Part shown: one piece after another, positions 23,140 through 36,422 of the stretch
How the letters are laid out: each line of letters opens with the position of its first letter
Position numbering within the stretch: the first letter of the stretch is position 1
Assembly: GCA_002633005.1 (NCBI GenBank)
Contig: NMRA01000627.1
Coordinates: forward strand, 10,895-57,347
Reading direction: 5' to 3'
DNA from: Phoronis australis
Lineage: Eukaryota; Animalia; Phoronida
DNA: 46,453 nucleotides
Notes under the pieces: model-generated
What the model was told of the DNA's origin: nothing
Seen by the model: the letters and a program-made list of their open reading frames with translations, nothing else
The model's database searches: none
Made by a program: the position numbers and the translations under genes

Positions 23140-23404
23140 TAAAAAATAACTGCAAGCCGCCTGGTACATGTAGCAGACGTGTGCAGGTACATGTAGCAGA
23201 CCTGCACAGGCTGCTCAGGTGGGGCCATTGCACTGATGGCTTGGAACCATTTTTATGTATTATTATGTAGTAATGCTCAAGTATGTACTAGTTATGACTG
23301 AGCTGAGGAGTTGGGAGACCTGACTCAAGTGTCTAGAGTTATACTCGAACCCACAATCTTGAGCGAAGGAAGCAAGAATTATCCCACTAGGACACACTGT
23401 CTTC
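23140..23404 (-). mobile_element. tRNA-derived SINE, copy 3 (more diverged)
   Basis: Homologous to 518-759 (GGCCATTGCACTGAT, GAGCTGAGGAG, CTCGAACCCAC); ACAAACAA on both flanks. Confidence 0.8.
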
Positions 23405-23425
23405 AGTAACAAACAAGTTACTTAC

Positions 23426-23530
23426 ATCTGAGATACAACTTAAACTTGCACCTGGCTGTGTTTAAGAAGGCATCCTGCGCAACATACTTGATGGAGTATT
23501 TCTGCTTGTTACGTAAGAACAAAGATGTTC
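23426..23530 (-). CDS. Exon 9; HYR domain C-terminal half
   Basis: cag|...|gtaagt, phase 1->1: GTSLFLRNKQKYSIKYVAQDAFLNTARCKFKLYLR; HYR Y.A.D...N.A.C.F motif. Confidence 0.9.
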
Positions 23531-24124
23531 CTGAAATGGTAGTAACAAGAATTAAATAAATAAGTGATCAAAAAGATTGGGTTGACAAAAAATTAACTGT
23601 TGAGGTGAGAACTTAATATACACACCTTTGATGTAGTGTGCAATGGATTAATTTGCCCCAGGACAATTGCACTGTATGCTGTGCCAAAATATACCAGGCT
23701 CCTCTATTCAAAACCCAGTGGGGCTAATAAAACAATTATGTTCTCAGCCAGAACCATAAAGTCATTGTTAAGCTGGGTTTACTTACACAGTCCAACTGTG
23801 ACAGTTGTCAAATAAGAGCAGGGTTCACAAAGAACTACTTTCAGTGACTTTGTAGGTCAATTTCAAAAGGATTATTATGTTTGACCTATATATGGGAAGA
23901 TTTACATACAACCTTCTGAAAAATTCTAAACCACTATGCAAACTAGATACCCCTCCACGCCCAAAATGGAGGAAGAACTTCTCATCAGTTTATTTTATCT
24001 CGTACATTTTCCTCCCATGATATGCACAGAGGGAATTTCTTCTGATCACTTCTGTCTTGACACAAGTGGTTGGTTTGCAGAGACACAGTTGATCCACAGC
24101 ATGCTGCCCTTGGTAGAAGTTGTA

Positions 24125-24285
24125 CTATAACAACTGGCTGCCTTCACCCAGCTCAAGGGAAGTCAAAAGTAACATGTGCCAGAATAACTGGCTGCCCACA
24201 CTCACCTCAAGGGACGTCAAACGTGATTTGTGTTAAAACAACTGGCTGCCCGCACCAGACCACCTCAAGGGAACTCAAACGTGTT
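24125..24285. repeat. 54-bp degenerate tandem repeat, 3 copies
   Basis: AACTGGCTGCC at 24132, 24186 and 24240, each followed by CTCAAGGGA..TCAAA. Confidence 0.85.
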
Positions 24286-24574
24286 AACAGGAAACTATCA
24301 AACGACTGTAGAAAATTGACATGGTTCAACTAAAATTGTCCTTTTTGTTAAATGTGTACTTTGACAAGGTTCAAATTTATCACTTTTTCAAAAATTACAT
24401 ACAAAAATTTAGGATCAAGTTCAGTTAACATTTCTAAAACAGGTACCGTACAATAATTACAACAGATCCCTTACCATAAACACTCACTACAATGATTTCA
24501 GACCCCCTAGTTGCCTTCCACTGTGTTCTGTTCATTAATATTTATTATCACGACTTGAAACATTAATTCTTTAC

Positions 24575-24712
24575 CTGGTATCCGATTTCTAAATACTTCA
24601 ATCTTGGAATCATGTTCAAATTGAGGTTCGTCCCACTGATGAACAGAAAATCTTTGATTCTGTATTCGAGTAATGTCAGAAGGACAATACTTGACCTTTG
24701 GTGGAGTTGTGT
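24575..24712 (-). CDS. Exon 8; HYR domain N-terminal half (absent from the ORF track)
   Basis: cag|...|gtaaag, phase 1->1: DTTPPKVKYCPSDITRIQNQRFSVHQWDEPQFEHDSKIEVFRNRIP; HYR DTxPP..CP.DI...W.EP.F motif. Confidence 0.9.
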
Positions 24713-26304
24713 CTGGGGAAACATGAAGTTAGAGCGAATTCATACTTCAGGATGAGAAACAACCAAATACTACCCTGGAATTCCCAATTAATTTCAAAAC
24801 AATTAGGTGAAATCTAAATTTGGTAATACTGCAACAATACTCATTGAATGATAAATCCTTATCCCAAGCTATATACCTTAACATGTGTACGCCCAAAAAT
24901 GCATAACTCATGTCTATGCCAAAGTGTCTTTATCTGACAACTGCAAACCACGCAATATTCTCAATAAGCAAAAGCCACATTAATATAAAGCCAATCACTC
25001 AATAAAATATATTCAAGTAACAGGTTCCAATTTTAATTTAAAAAATGCTTTATTTGTAAAAATTCATCACCAAAATCAGTCAAGAGAGGTGTGAGCTAAA
25101 GTTTAAATAGCAAGCTAGGAAGAAAAATAATCAAAATTAGTCAATTGGTACAACACATATAAGAGCTGGAGAAAACAAACAGGAGTTACAAAGCTAAGAA
25201 TTCAATATTCATAGGGTAGATGACAAGTTTAAAACATTTCAGGCATCTTTAATCCATTGTAGAACAGTGAGGTTGAGGTCAGTTCAACACTGAATAAAAT
25301 TGTGCTATGTATAACCATACAGAATTATGGTTGTTCATTTAGCTCTGCACAAAGGTATGGAAAGCGCTCATTTGGTCTTTCACAGTAGTTTATAAGTGCC
25401 ACATTTTAATGACATGAAATAAATTACTCGCGAGATAAAATGTGGAGCAATCAACCCATTAATGGGAGAGGAATATGAAGGCAGTAACTTGAAACATTAG
25501 CAGAGTCTAATTAGGATCACAACAAAGAAGAAACAGTGCTATTTACTGTGTTATATGTGTAGAGTGTCCATAATACTAACACACATGCATAGCAAGGTGT
25601 AGCTAATTCTATGAGGAGTTACTAGAGCAATCCATACTCACCTAGTGAGAAACCTGGATGGAAATATTACAAATATTACCTTGAAATATCAATGATTCAC
25701 ACCATCCACTTGAATGAGAATATCATAGGTTCTACTATGCAATATGTTTCCTAAAAAGCCTAATATAAAATTGCCATATAACTACTCTGGGCACAATTTT
25801 GAATCACCTTGATTATTACCTGACACATAGAGCACAAACAGATTAATACTTGACACATATGCCTAAGAAAGGATCTGCAATAACTACACTGCTAAACATC
25901 CACAATGACAGCTGACATGTCTCTAAATGCTTAATTCATTCTTTGCCAACATCATGTTACTGTTTGTCATGCTTAAAATTAACATTTAATAAACAAGAGC
26001 ACATGGCAATACTGCCAACCTATTAAACCCATAAGTAATTTTTTATGAAAAATCCATAATTTACAAAGAAAATCGTGTGATTTCCCATACTTTCAGAAGA
26101 AACTTTAAATTTCAATTCAAATAAGATAAAGTGACATTACAAAGTCAGGTCATATTTTGCAGTTGGCATGGTTGATTTCTCTGCAGTGCACTACGACCCT
26201 GCAAATCTTGATTTAGTTTCTCTTAACTCTTTTAGCCCACAAATTAAACGGTCCGTTTCAATTAACTCTACCAAAAGATCTCGCACCGATGAACTCAAGT
26301 ACAG

Positions 26305-27110
26305 TTTGAATAAAGACAACAACTTTTCTAAAATGTAGCGACGTGTTCCTCATGGGAAACCTGTGCATTGAGTGAGGGGGGTTTCATTGAGTGAGGGGGG
26401 TTTCCGACCACCAAACGTGTTCACGCAGTTTCAAGCAATAGCGACTAATATCACTGTCATTAATCGTAAAGCTATATGTTCCTCAGTGGCCTCTCTACAA
26501 GCAGCATTGTTTTACAATTGTCTAAAGATATGTGAATTCTTATAGATTACTAGGTCTTCCATTATCCTTGTAACCAAGTGGTGAGTTGTCTCACTCCAAT
26601 ACTAGTAGCTTAATAAAAACTACAGAATCAAATTTATACACTACATGGGATTTTTGAATAAAGCGAATCCTATCAAGTTTACTTGGCGCTCTAAAATCCC
26701 ATGTAGTGTACATTATAGTATGTACAAGAATGATGATAAGAATTTATATAATTTAGACACTTGGAAAACAATGCTGCTTCTAGAGAGGCAGCAGGTGAAC
26801 ACAGCTTTATGATTATTAACAGTAATACTAAACGCTATCGCTTGAAACTGCATGAAGCCATTCACATTCGATATTCGGAAACGCCCTCACTCAATGCACA
26901 GGCTTCCCAGAAGTCGTTGACACTGATATATTGAGTTGTGATTCGCTCATTGCTAGCCAGTCCTGTTCTGGTATTTTGGTGCATTTCGGAATTTTCTGCG
27001 TATTGTACCTGTTGCCATCCTGGAATCAATTATCTAAACAAAGCTGGACAATGGGGGATGTTTTACAGCTGAAACATGTCGTTACATTTTAGAAAAGTTG
27101 TCTTTATTCA
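26305..27110 (+). mobile_element. Penelope-like remnant with inverted arms
   Basis: The right arm encodes HSFMIINSNTKRYRLKLHEAIHIRY..PSLNAQ (GIY-YIG C-terminus); 26305-26545 is a diverged, internally deleted reverse complement of 26735-27110. Confidence 0.75.
26639..26708. mobile_element. 70-bp mini-MITE with CACTA termini
   Basis: Perfect 16-bp TIR CACTACATGGGATTTT / AAAATCCCATGTAGTG, flanked by TA on both sides. Confidence 0.65.
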
Positions 27111-27119
27111 GATTCAATT

Positions 27120-27463
27120 AAAGCTTTCAAACTTAATCATAACAAGTGGCTATAATTTATTTACCCATTCTATACCTGCCTTACTTATCATTTTTCATTA
27201 CTGTACATAATTTCACTATTATCATCTTTTAATTTAATTTCATGTCTCTTAGTCTAATTTCATCATCCTTTGTCATTTATTTATTTGTTATCTAAATTCT
27301 CAACCTGTTTTAATTGTTGCTTTGTAACCTGTATCTAGTTATTGTTTTACTACTATATTGTACTGTATTACATCCTGTTGTTGAGGGCCTTCTTGAAAAT
27401 CAGTGCTGTCATTGAAGAGGTCACCCTCATTTTAAATACTACAACAATAAATAAACAAATAAA
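27120..27463 (+). mobile_element. 3' end of a non-LTR retrotransposon (L2/CR1-group-like)
   Basis: T-rich UTR, a structured terminal segment GAGGG...CCCTC, then an (ATAA)n-like tail. Confidence 0.5.
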
Positions 27464-28163
27464 TTCTGATCCATGGTGATGTTATACAGTAAAACTAGGC
27501 GCGCAAGTTGTCAGGGCTGAATTTGGCGAGACAAAATGTGGTGAATTCTTTTTCTCATTTTTGAAATGTAGTGGACTTCTTCATTGGAATATTCGTATCC
27601 AAAATTCTGCTTTTGACATCTTGACATGCATTTCAAAGTATATTCCAATATGAAAAGCCAACTAAGCACATTTTTCATTGGTGAGTCAATCATAAGTTAA
27701 ATTCTACTGACCAATCACAAAAGGGAAACCACTTGACTGTGCAAATCATCATCCACTGATACTCAGGATACACCTTATTGGTTGGACCTTTCGATTTCAA
27801 ATATTTCAGTCGCTTATTAGTTTTCTGTCTCAATCTTTGACAATCTGGCAGTTCAAAATGCCAGGAACTTAAATTATTTCATTTCAATTATTTTTTAAAA
27901 GAAGTAAACATGAGACAACTCCATTTGGGGTTTTGTTACTCCAATGCCTGAGCACGCCTGAACCAGTCTGGGACTAACTCATCCTAATCCATTCATAAAT
28001 CAATGCTTACTGCTTAGCAGCGATGCTGAAGAAAACCTATTCACTTTAAGTACATACGATACAGCCAGGTAAATCCATAACATTTGACAGCCCTCCTATG
28101 GCCATGACTTCCACAATGACAAACCAGAAAAAACTTGACAACCAAAACAACCAAGCACTTTAC

Positions 28164-28462
28164 CTGGGGCCATCCTGTTGCATGCTGGGTAATTGACAAA
28201 GATTGGGTTCGCACAGACAGAGTTGCGTACTTCACTCTTTGGTGTCTGGACACAGCCAGAACTTCTGCGTATGCCATACCACCCGCTAACTCTACTATCC
28301 ACAGCAACGGCTGACTTGGGGTTGTTAAAAAGGTTAGTCACCTCAGCTGTTTCAGTCAGAATCTTGTTCCAGACGTTAGCATTACCAAGAATGCCCTGGA
28401 AGCTAGTGCCTGGCTTTATGCTACCATCTGAGTAAACAGCAGCACCAAATGAAGCCATACTC
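28164..28462 (-). CDS. Exon 7; LamG/pentraxin-like C-terminal part
   Basis: cag|...|gtaaag, phase 2->1, matches exon 6 phase; contains SFQGILGNANVWNKILT (the FxGxIxxVxxWxxxL motif). Confidence 0.9.
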
Positions 28463-28528
28463 CTGCAAACCAAATACAATCTGAGTTACATAGCCTGGCA
28501 GACATACACTGAACTGCTATGATTATTA

Positions 28529-30375
28529 CAGTAAAAATTTACAAATTTAGAACAGTGAAAAAATAAATATTTTGAACCTGTCCTAAATTTTAAGCAATAA
28601 CGGCCATCCAAAACTCAAGAAACATGAAAAAGACTGCAAAATCGATGGTTTCCGAAACCTTAGAATTTATGCGGTCGGGTGCTGACAACCTTTTGAGTTG
28701 TGGTTTTAGACAGTTTGAACAGCCGCGCAAATTTGTGATCATTATTGAGGACAAGAAATTCACATGGTGTCCTCAAAAACATAAACAGCGATGTTACTGA
28801 CTCTGAACACAATTGACTTACCAAGCTTTGTGCTAGGAAATATATATGTTTGTTGTGTAACACGCCTTGACTGATTATTTGCAATATCCATTGGTGCTCA
28901 ACATCTTCACGTTAAACTACTCAGAAAGCAAACTCCGACGACGCGACTGCAGTATAATTATGTAACCCTGGTTTGTTTCTTGGGCAGCGTGTGCGACTAA
29001 CCCATGAGTCACCTGTCACTCAAACAGACTTTAGCGAAACAACGTTCCTGCCAACGAGACACATGTAAATAAGGTCCCCGTGGTCTCAACTCAATTACGT
29101 ATCCGGGCATTTATTTGACAATTATAGAACTGTTGCTTTATGCGAATGGGGTATATTCAATCAATAAAAATTTGGAATTGTTATTCCGAAACACAACAGT
29201 AGGCCAGATCACAATTTAATCGAGGTTGAGCCTAGCGCGTAGTTCTAACCACAAAACACCACTACGCGCAAGTGACTGTTCAAGTAGCTGGCTACAAGGG
29301 CATTAACTTCTTCCAAGCTAGTTATGCTTTAATATAAAAACGGTTCATCCCGAAAATCTCGGTCCTTGCATTCCTGGTACTGCGGTTGTAACTTTATGTG
29401 TCCTATGTTCACTACGGCCCAATAGCAGTGCCGTCTGCTTGTGAATAAATTCAATTTCTTTTTTGCATGTATGCGGATTTAGATCAATCTCTGCTACAGG
29501 TCCAGGTTTCATTTTACAAATCACACGCCATGGGTCAAATAACCCATGAAAGGGAAGGGACTGGGGACAGGTGGAAATGGAGCAACTTTGACTAAAGATT
29601 AATAGGTTCACACTCTGTTTTAGATGGTGTCAAAATTCTTAACCTTGGTGCGAAAGAGCTCAAACACTTCGTATAGAATACAAAATAGGCTAGTAAATAG
29701 AATGTCTCAGAAGGGAGACATAAAAATATATTTACAGCATGAACTTTTTTAACATATACTGCACGACAAACTAGGACGTGGATTTTTGCTTTTCACAAAG
29801 TCGGTTTTAACTTGACACTGAACAACATCATTTCGGCGATTCGGGCGCATGGCTTAGCAAAGGTGGAGGGCCACAGGTTCGCAGAAAAAAATCGAAGCCG
29901 TGAACCCGGGATCTGACTTGGTAACATAACGGACCACCGGTGCTTATGAATTAGCTGTTAATCCAAATACAGAGGCGACACTGTGGCAATTACGCGAAAG
30001 TTGGAGAACATACATTTTATTTGCATAGTGAAACCGCGATCAAGAGTGGCAAATATTTTGAGTCCGTAATTACGACTGCCAAGAAAACGCGCGATATACA
30101 CAAACCATCCACATCGATAACCACAGACTGCAACATCAGTCAATATATTACACCGAGGTGGCGGTTTTAAGCGATGTGTAAATAATCACCGTTACTTGAT
30201 GAACTTCAAGATTTACATTCAGCCCACGATATTGCAAAAAAGCGCATTGTCCGAAATATGGTGAATGCCAAATTCGACCGGGTTCCAAATTTCAGAATCA
30301 AAAAAATTCCGTTTTGGGGTTTGATTTAGGTGTCCAAAATTTGGGAGACTGTCCTAAATTCGGGAATTGTTACCA
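28529..30375. mobile_element. Non-autonomous TA-flanked DNA transposon (Tc1/mariner-like), older
   Basis: Imperfect TIRs TA-CAGTAAAAATTTACAAATTTAGAACAGT vs reverse complement TA-TGGTAACAATTCCCGAATTTAGGACAGT; subterminal TGTCC(T/A)AAATT motifs at both ends; CpG-richer interior. Confidence 0.65.
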
Positions 30376-32120
30376 TATGACATTTCACTGAAGAACACAC
30401 AAAGAAAGACGATTCGATTGAAAACTGTTAATTTTGCAGGTCACGTGCATCACACATTTTACTCCTTGTGAGCACCATCAAAACACTAATCAAACTTTAA
30501 CATAAAATTTAGCTTTTGGGGATAGGAGTTTGACTAGACCACTACCCAATAAATATTAAATTTTAATATTAAGTAAAACTTAATATATTCACAAATCATT
30601 TCATTTTATGTGTCATTGCCCTGTCCTTGGGGGTGATGTGCACAGAAATTTGCTGACGAATATGACAGATGCCAGAGTAGTTATATTATTTCAAAGCCAT
30701 GTTCTTTGCGAACTGATCAGCCTGACGCTATGTATTTCAAGAGCAACAGTGCTAAGAGCTGAAATTTTATTATTGTATGTAAATGTCAGAATAGCAGAGA
30801 TGGTTCATTTAAGTTGCCCAAAATTTGTGCATATTTATGTACTTTTAAACCATGGGGTCAAACTACATGTAATTTGGACGTCAACATCTATTTTTAGATG
30901 ATGTTTACCACTTTGGTTCTGGGGTCAATGCACTCTAAAGTTTCTAGAAATTTCTGAGATTTCTCTAAAGATTCTACAAACAGCCAATTATATGATTAGA
31001 TAAGATCATGTGGTTTTTATTAGCTAATCGTAAAGTAAGTACGTTATAATAATTTGGGCAGACGTTTGGAAAATAGTCAGATGGGATTTAGTAATTGAAG
31101 CTATAAGACTTGCTACAGTGTAGAGGAAATTGTACAATAGAACTCTCTCGTGGAATATTCTAAAGAGGATCTTGGCAAGGGCAAGGGTTAACATATAGGA
31201 AGTTAACTAAGAGCTTGTCACTTGCATCGTGGGTAGAAGATACTACCTGCAAAGCTGCGTCACAAGAGACTGTGACCAGCAAGAGGAACCGTGGGTAGAA
31301 GATACTGCCTGCAAGTGTTGTGTCACAAAGGACTGTGACCAGCAAGTACACAGTCGCAGTACAGTGTGTGTTAGTTTGAAGATTCACCAAGAGGACTGTC
31401 ATCCAATGATCGAGTCCTACAGCTTGGATAGCAGATGAAACGTTTGATTAATTTTGGTTACTTGATTGAAGTTATGCTTACAGAGGGCACTAGCGTACTT
31501 TACTCTACTTCATTGTTAGTGTATTTTAATTAACAATAGGTTTCATTTGTTCTAATTAGTGGTTATCATATAATAAGTTAATTACTGGATTTAACCATTC
31601 TATCTCCATCCATGCACAATCTCAAAGCATAGATACCTTTTAAACAAACCCACAGTCAAATTCTGCCAGTAAAGTTGTAATGTAAACTGTATTATGAGGT
31701 CAAGGCCTACATACAATAAACATTTCTGATTCTGATTCTTAAATTAGTTCAAAACTCAGACAATGCAAATATAGAGGTTTAGAACTACTGCTCGAAAATG
31801 GATTACCATCTAAAAATTGAGTTATATTTGAATGAGTCTGAGTTATTTTCATTACAGAAATCAAAATACTGCAAGTGCCATCCCTTTCTGATTAAAAACA
31901 CATCAGCACTTACATTTCAAAAAGGTCATTCACATAATTTGATAGATAATATAGAGAAGGGCAAACATTTTAATTGCCTCTCTGTGGCCACAGCGCCAGT
32001 AGCATCTGTCTGAAAACTGGGATATGCATCTCCCTCCAAATAACAAACAAAAGTGCCAAGTGTGGAAGGTATAAAAATGATACCAGTTGTACAGGTGGAC
32101 ATATAAAAACCAAAACATAC

Positions 32121-32369
32121 CACTGAGGTAAGGTGGTAAAGTCAACATCTATCCTTTGTTCTTTAAACTTGAATCCTTCAATGTAAAGTATAAAGGATCC
32201 AGAAGTTAAATCCCAAGTGAAGGTGATCACATGCCACAAACCATCGTTGATCTTGACAGTGCTGAAGTCAATTGTGACAGTTTTCACATTGGACAAACTA
32301 ATCCTGATGCCTTGGTTACTAACTGTCAAATACGACTTCCAACCTGAATCAGTTGTACGGCGAAATTTG
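32121..32369 (-). CDS. Exon 6 duplicate (copy A); LamG core
   Basis: Intact splice sites; same as 34769-35017 except YIEG vs YVEG and IDVDF vs IDVGF. Confidence 0.75.
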
Positions 32370-32728
32370 CTGAAAAGAATAAGTCATTTGAATTAATTTG
32401 AATATCAAACATCTCACAAACAACTCACTAAAGTAGTGAAAGTACAAACATGAGTTCCATATAATTCACTCTTTACTTTTTTGAATATCACAATTTTGAT
32501 CAGAATAGGAATGGAAACAAAAAATAAGGACTTAACGCCTAAAAATAACACTTAGTGAGAAATCATCGTTTTAATTATAAATGCACTGAAGAAAACTTAG
32601 AATTGTCAAATTTATGAAAACTAACCGAATTTAAAGATATATTGACTAATGAGGTTGACTGTCACTACAAGGCATTTGAAAATATGCAGAATATATTAGC
32701 TATACCACCTTGTCTCGGCACTACTCAC

Positions 32729-32894
32729 TCAGAGTACATCAGGTTCACAATGTTTCCTGTCCCAAAACGTTGTAAAAATCGGCAGGCAAATGACAAAGAT
32801 ATTTTGTCACCAGCTGTAATAAATGGCTGTTTAGAACGTGCCCAAGAGGATTTGTCTGGTGAGCTAAAGATCAGAGTGAAGTCTGTATCAACAC
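32729..32894 (-). CDS. Exon 5 duplicate (copy A); LamG N-terminal part
   Basis: Intact splice sites; same as 35375-35540 except NIVNL vs NILNL plus silent changes. Confidence 0.75.
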
Positions 32895-33296
32895 CTGAAA
32901 ATTCAAGTCAGGCCAAGTTAACAATCAAGTTGCAATGGGCAAGTAATATCTAAATTATTTTTAACACTGCAAACACACTAATTGTCAAAACAATTTAAGG
33001 TGTACTACAAAGGTTCACCATTCGAGGAATTGCCATTTGATAACATTGAATACCAGAACATCTTTAGACTTATATAATGTCACCTAACAAGGAATCTGTT
33101 CTGTAAAAAGATTCTGTTCAATAACTTGTCTGATTATCAGGCAACACAAAAAAGTAGAAAACGTGAGCAAGATTGCACCATGAGATTCGAGTAAAATGAC
33201 AGTTACAGATCAGAAAACATTAGAACTTTTTTCTAGTGAAACATAGAGTTAAGAATTAAGTTATGGAACAAATTAAAAATATTATAATGAATTTTT

Positions 33297-33414
33297 ACAT
33301 GCACCAGAACAACGCCACATTACTAACACATGCACCAGAACAACACCACATTACTAACACATGCACCAGAACAACGCCACATTACTAACACATGCACCAG
33401 AACAATGCCACATT
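33297..33414. repeat. 31-bp VNTR, 4 copies (block A)
   Basis: GCACCAGAACAAC(A/G)CCACATTACTAACACAT units start at 33301, 33332, 33363 and 33394 (last partial). Confidence 0.92.
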
Positions 33415-33555
33415 GGCCATAATGCTGAACTAAAGTAATTAATAATTTGACACCAATTAAAATTGCATAAAAGTCAGAATATTACTTAAACTGAGAATAT
33501 GTCTGTCACAAGATGCATACAAAACTGCTCAATGTGTTTACAACACCCAATTTAC

Positions 33556-33708
33556 CTTTGCTGCAGTTAGGACCTGCATGGCCACTCTTGCAGAAACATA
33601 GGGGGCCAGTCAACGAGTTGTGACAGAAAGACCATCCACGGCTCTGACCTGGACATGGTGAACCAGTGCAATGTTTTATCCTTTGGTTACATAATTGCCC
33701 CTCGTATC
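33556..33708 (-). CDS. Exon 4 duplicate (copy A); EGF repeat
   Basis: Intact splice sites; same as 36270-36422 except GHAGP vs GHVGP. Probably the other allele. Confidence 0.75.
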
Positions 33709-34768
33709 CTGTTAAATGACAAAACAACTATTAGGTATTTATAAGGGTTTTTCACAAAATAGCAATCTCATAGCACACTGTCATCGACTACATCAATCCT
33801 TTCTGCCATGCAGTGATAATTTANACAGAACTATATCATAGAATATTCTAAAGAGGATCTTGGCAAGGGCAAGGGTTAACAGATATTAAGTTAACTAAGA
33901 GCTTGTCACTTACATCGTGGGTAGAAGCTACTGCCTGCAAGTGTTGCGTCACAAAGGACTGTGACCAGCAAGTACACAGTCGCAGTACATTGTGTGTTAG
34001 TTTGAAGATTCACCAAGAGGACTGTCATCCAATGATCGAGTCCAACAGCTTGGATAGCACATAAGACATTTGATTAATTTTGGTTACTTGATTGAAGTTA
34101 TGCTTACAACAGAGGGCACTAGTGTACTTTACTCTACTTCATTGTTAGTGTATATTAATTACAAATAGATTTCATTTGTTCTAATTAGTGGCTATCATAT
34201 AATAAGTTAATTAGTGGATTTGACCATTCTCTCTCCATCCATGCCCAATCTCAAAACATAGATACCTTTTAAACAAACCCACAGTCAAACAAACCCACAG
34301 TCAAATTCTGCCAGTAAAGTTGTAATGATGTAAACTGTATTATGAGGTCAAGGCCTACATACAATAAACATTTCCGATTCTTATTCTTAAATTACTTCAA
34401 AACTCAGACAATGTTAATATAGAGGTTTAGAACTACTGCTCGAAAATGGATTACCATCTAAAAATTGTGTTATAGTTAAATGAGTCTGAGTTATTTTCAT
34501 TACAGAAATCAAAATACTGCAAGTGCCATCCCTTTCTGATTAAAAACACATCAGCACTTACATTTCAAAAAGGTCATTCACATAATTTGATAGATAATAT
34601 AGAGAAGGGCAAACATTTTAATTGCCTCTCTGTGGCCACAGCCCCAGTAGGATCTGTCTGAAAACTGGGATATGCATCTCCCTCCAAATAACAAACAAAA
34701 GTGCCAAGTGTGGAAGGTATAAAAATGATACCAGTTGTACAGGTGGACATATAAAAACCAAAACATAC

Positions 34769-35017
34769 CACTGAGGTAAGGTGGTAAAGCCAACATCTAT
34801 CCTTTGTTCTTTAAACTTGAATCCTTCAACGTAAAGTATAAAGGATCCAGAAGTTAAATCCCAAGTGAAGGTGATCACATGCCACAAACCATCGTTGATC
34901 TTGACAGTGCTGAAGTCAATTGTGACAGTTTTCACATTGGACAAACTAATCCTGATGCCTTGGTTGCTAACTGTCAAATACGACTTCCAACCTGAATCAG
35001 TTGTACGGCGAAATTTG
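34769..35017 (-). CDS. Exon 6 (copy B); LamG/pentraxin-like core
   Basis: cag|...|gtatgt, phase 2->2; contains INDGLWHVITFTWDLTSGSFILYVEG, the LamG/pentraxin DGxWHHVxxxW...LYVDG signature. Confidence 0.9.
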
Positions 35018-35374
35018 CTGAAAAGAATAAGTCATTTGAATTAATTTGAATATCAAACATCTCACAAACAACTCACTAAAGTAGTGAAAGTACAAACATG
35101 AGTTCCATATAATTCACTCTTTACTTTTTTGAATATCCCAATTTTGATCAGAATAGGAATGGAAACAAAAAATAAGGACTTAACGCCTAAAAATAACACT
35201 TAGTGAAAAATCATCGTTTTAATTATAAATGCACTGAAGAAAACTTAAAATCATCAAATTTATGAAAACTAACCGAATTTAAAGATATATTGACTAATGA
35301 GGTTGACTGTCAGTACTAAGCATTTGAAAATATGCAGAATCTATTAGCTACCACCTTGTCTCAGCACTACTCAC

Positions 35375-35540
35375 TCAGAGTACATCAGGTTCAGAATGTT
35401 TCCTGTCCCAAAACGTTGTAAAAATCGGCAGGCAAATGACAAAGATATTTTGTCACCAGCAGTAATAAATGGCTGTTTAGAACGTGCCCAAGAGGATTTG
35501 TCTGGTGAGCTAAAGATCAGGGTGAAGTCTGTATCAACAC
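35375..35540 (-). CDS. Exon 5 (copy B); LamG/pentraxin-like domain, N-terminal part
   Basis: cag|...|gtgagt, phase 1->2: GVDTDFTLIFSSPDKSSWARSKQPFITAGDKISLSFACRFLQRFGTGNILNLMYS. Confidence 0.85.
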
Positions 35541-35950
35541 CTGAAAATTCAAGTCAGGCCAACTTAACAATCAAGCTGCAATGGGCAAGTAATATCTAAA
35601 TCATTTTTAACACTGCAAACACACAAATTGTCAAAACAATTTAAGGTGTACTCCAACGGTTCACCATTCGAGGAATTGCCATTTGATAACATTGAATACC
35701 AGAACATCTTTAGACTTATATAATGTCACCTAACAATTAGGAACCTGTCTTATAAAAAGATTCTCTTCAACAACTTGTCTGATGACATCATTATCAGGCA
35801 ACACAAAAAAGTAGAAAATGTGAGCAAGATTGCACCATGAGATTCAAGTACAATGACAGTTACAGATCAGAAAACATTAGAACTTTTTTCTAGTGAAACA
35901 TTATTAGAATTAAGTTATGGAACAAATTAAAAATATTATAATGAATTTTT

Positions 35951-36130
35951 ACATGCACCAGAACAACGCCACATTACTAACACATGCACCAGAACAACAC
36001 CACATTACTAACACATGCACCAGAACAACACCACATAACAAACACATGCACCAGAACAACGCCCCATTACTAACACAAGCACCAGAACAACACCACATTA
36101 CTAACACATGCACCAGAACAATGCCACATT
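35951..36130. repeat. 31-bp VNTR, 6 copies (block B)
   Basis: Same unit as 33297-33414, with two extra copies. Confidence 0.92.
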
Positions 36131-36269
36131 GGCCATAATGCTGAGCTAAAGTAATAAATAATTTGACATCAATTAAAATTGCATAAAAGTCAGAATATTA
36201 CTTAAACTGAGAATGTCTGTCACAAGATGCATACAAAACTGCTCAATGTGTTTACAACGCCCAATTTAC

Positions 36270-36422
36270 CTTTGCTGCAGTTAGGACCTACATGGCCACT
36301 CTTGCAGAAACATAGGGGGCCAGTCAACGAGTTGTGACAGAAAGACCATCCACGGCTCTGACCTGGACATGGTGAACCAGTGCAATGTTTTATCCTTTGG
36401 TTACATAATTGCCCCTCGTATC
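36270..36422 (-). CDS. Exon 4 (copy B of duplicated block); EGF repeat
   Basis: cag|...|gtaaat, phase 1->1: GYEGQLCNQRIKHCTGSPCPGQSRGWSFCHNSLTGPLCFCKSGHVGPNCSK. Confidence 0.88.

Noticed and set aside
25020-25500. Possible CR1-type LINE 3' remnant
   Set aside because: Only vague motif resemblance; too decayed to support without an alignment.
25641-25820. Candidate extra exon (cag acceptor near 25820, gtgagt donor near 25641)
   Set aside because: There is a stop codon in the required phase-1 frame, and the gene splices cleanly from 28164 to 24712 without it.
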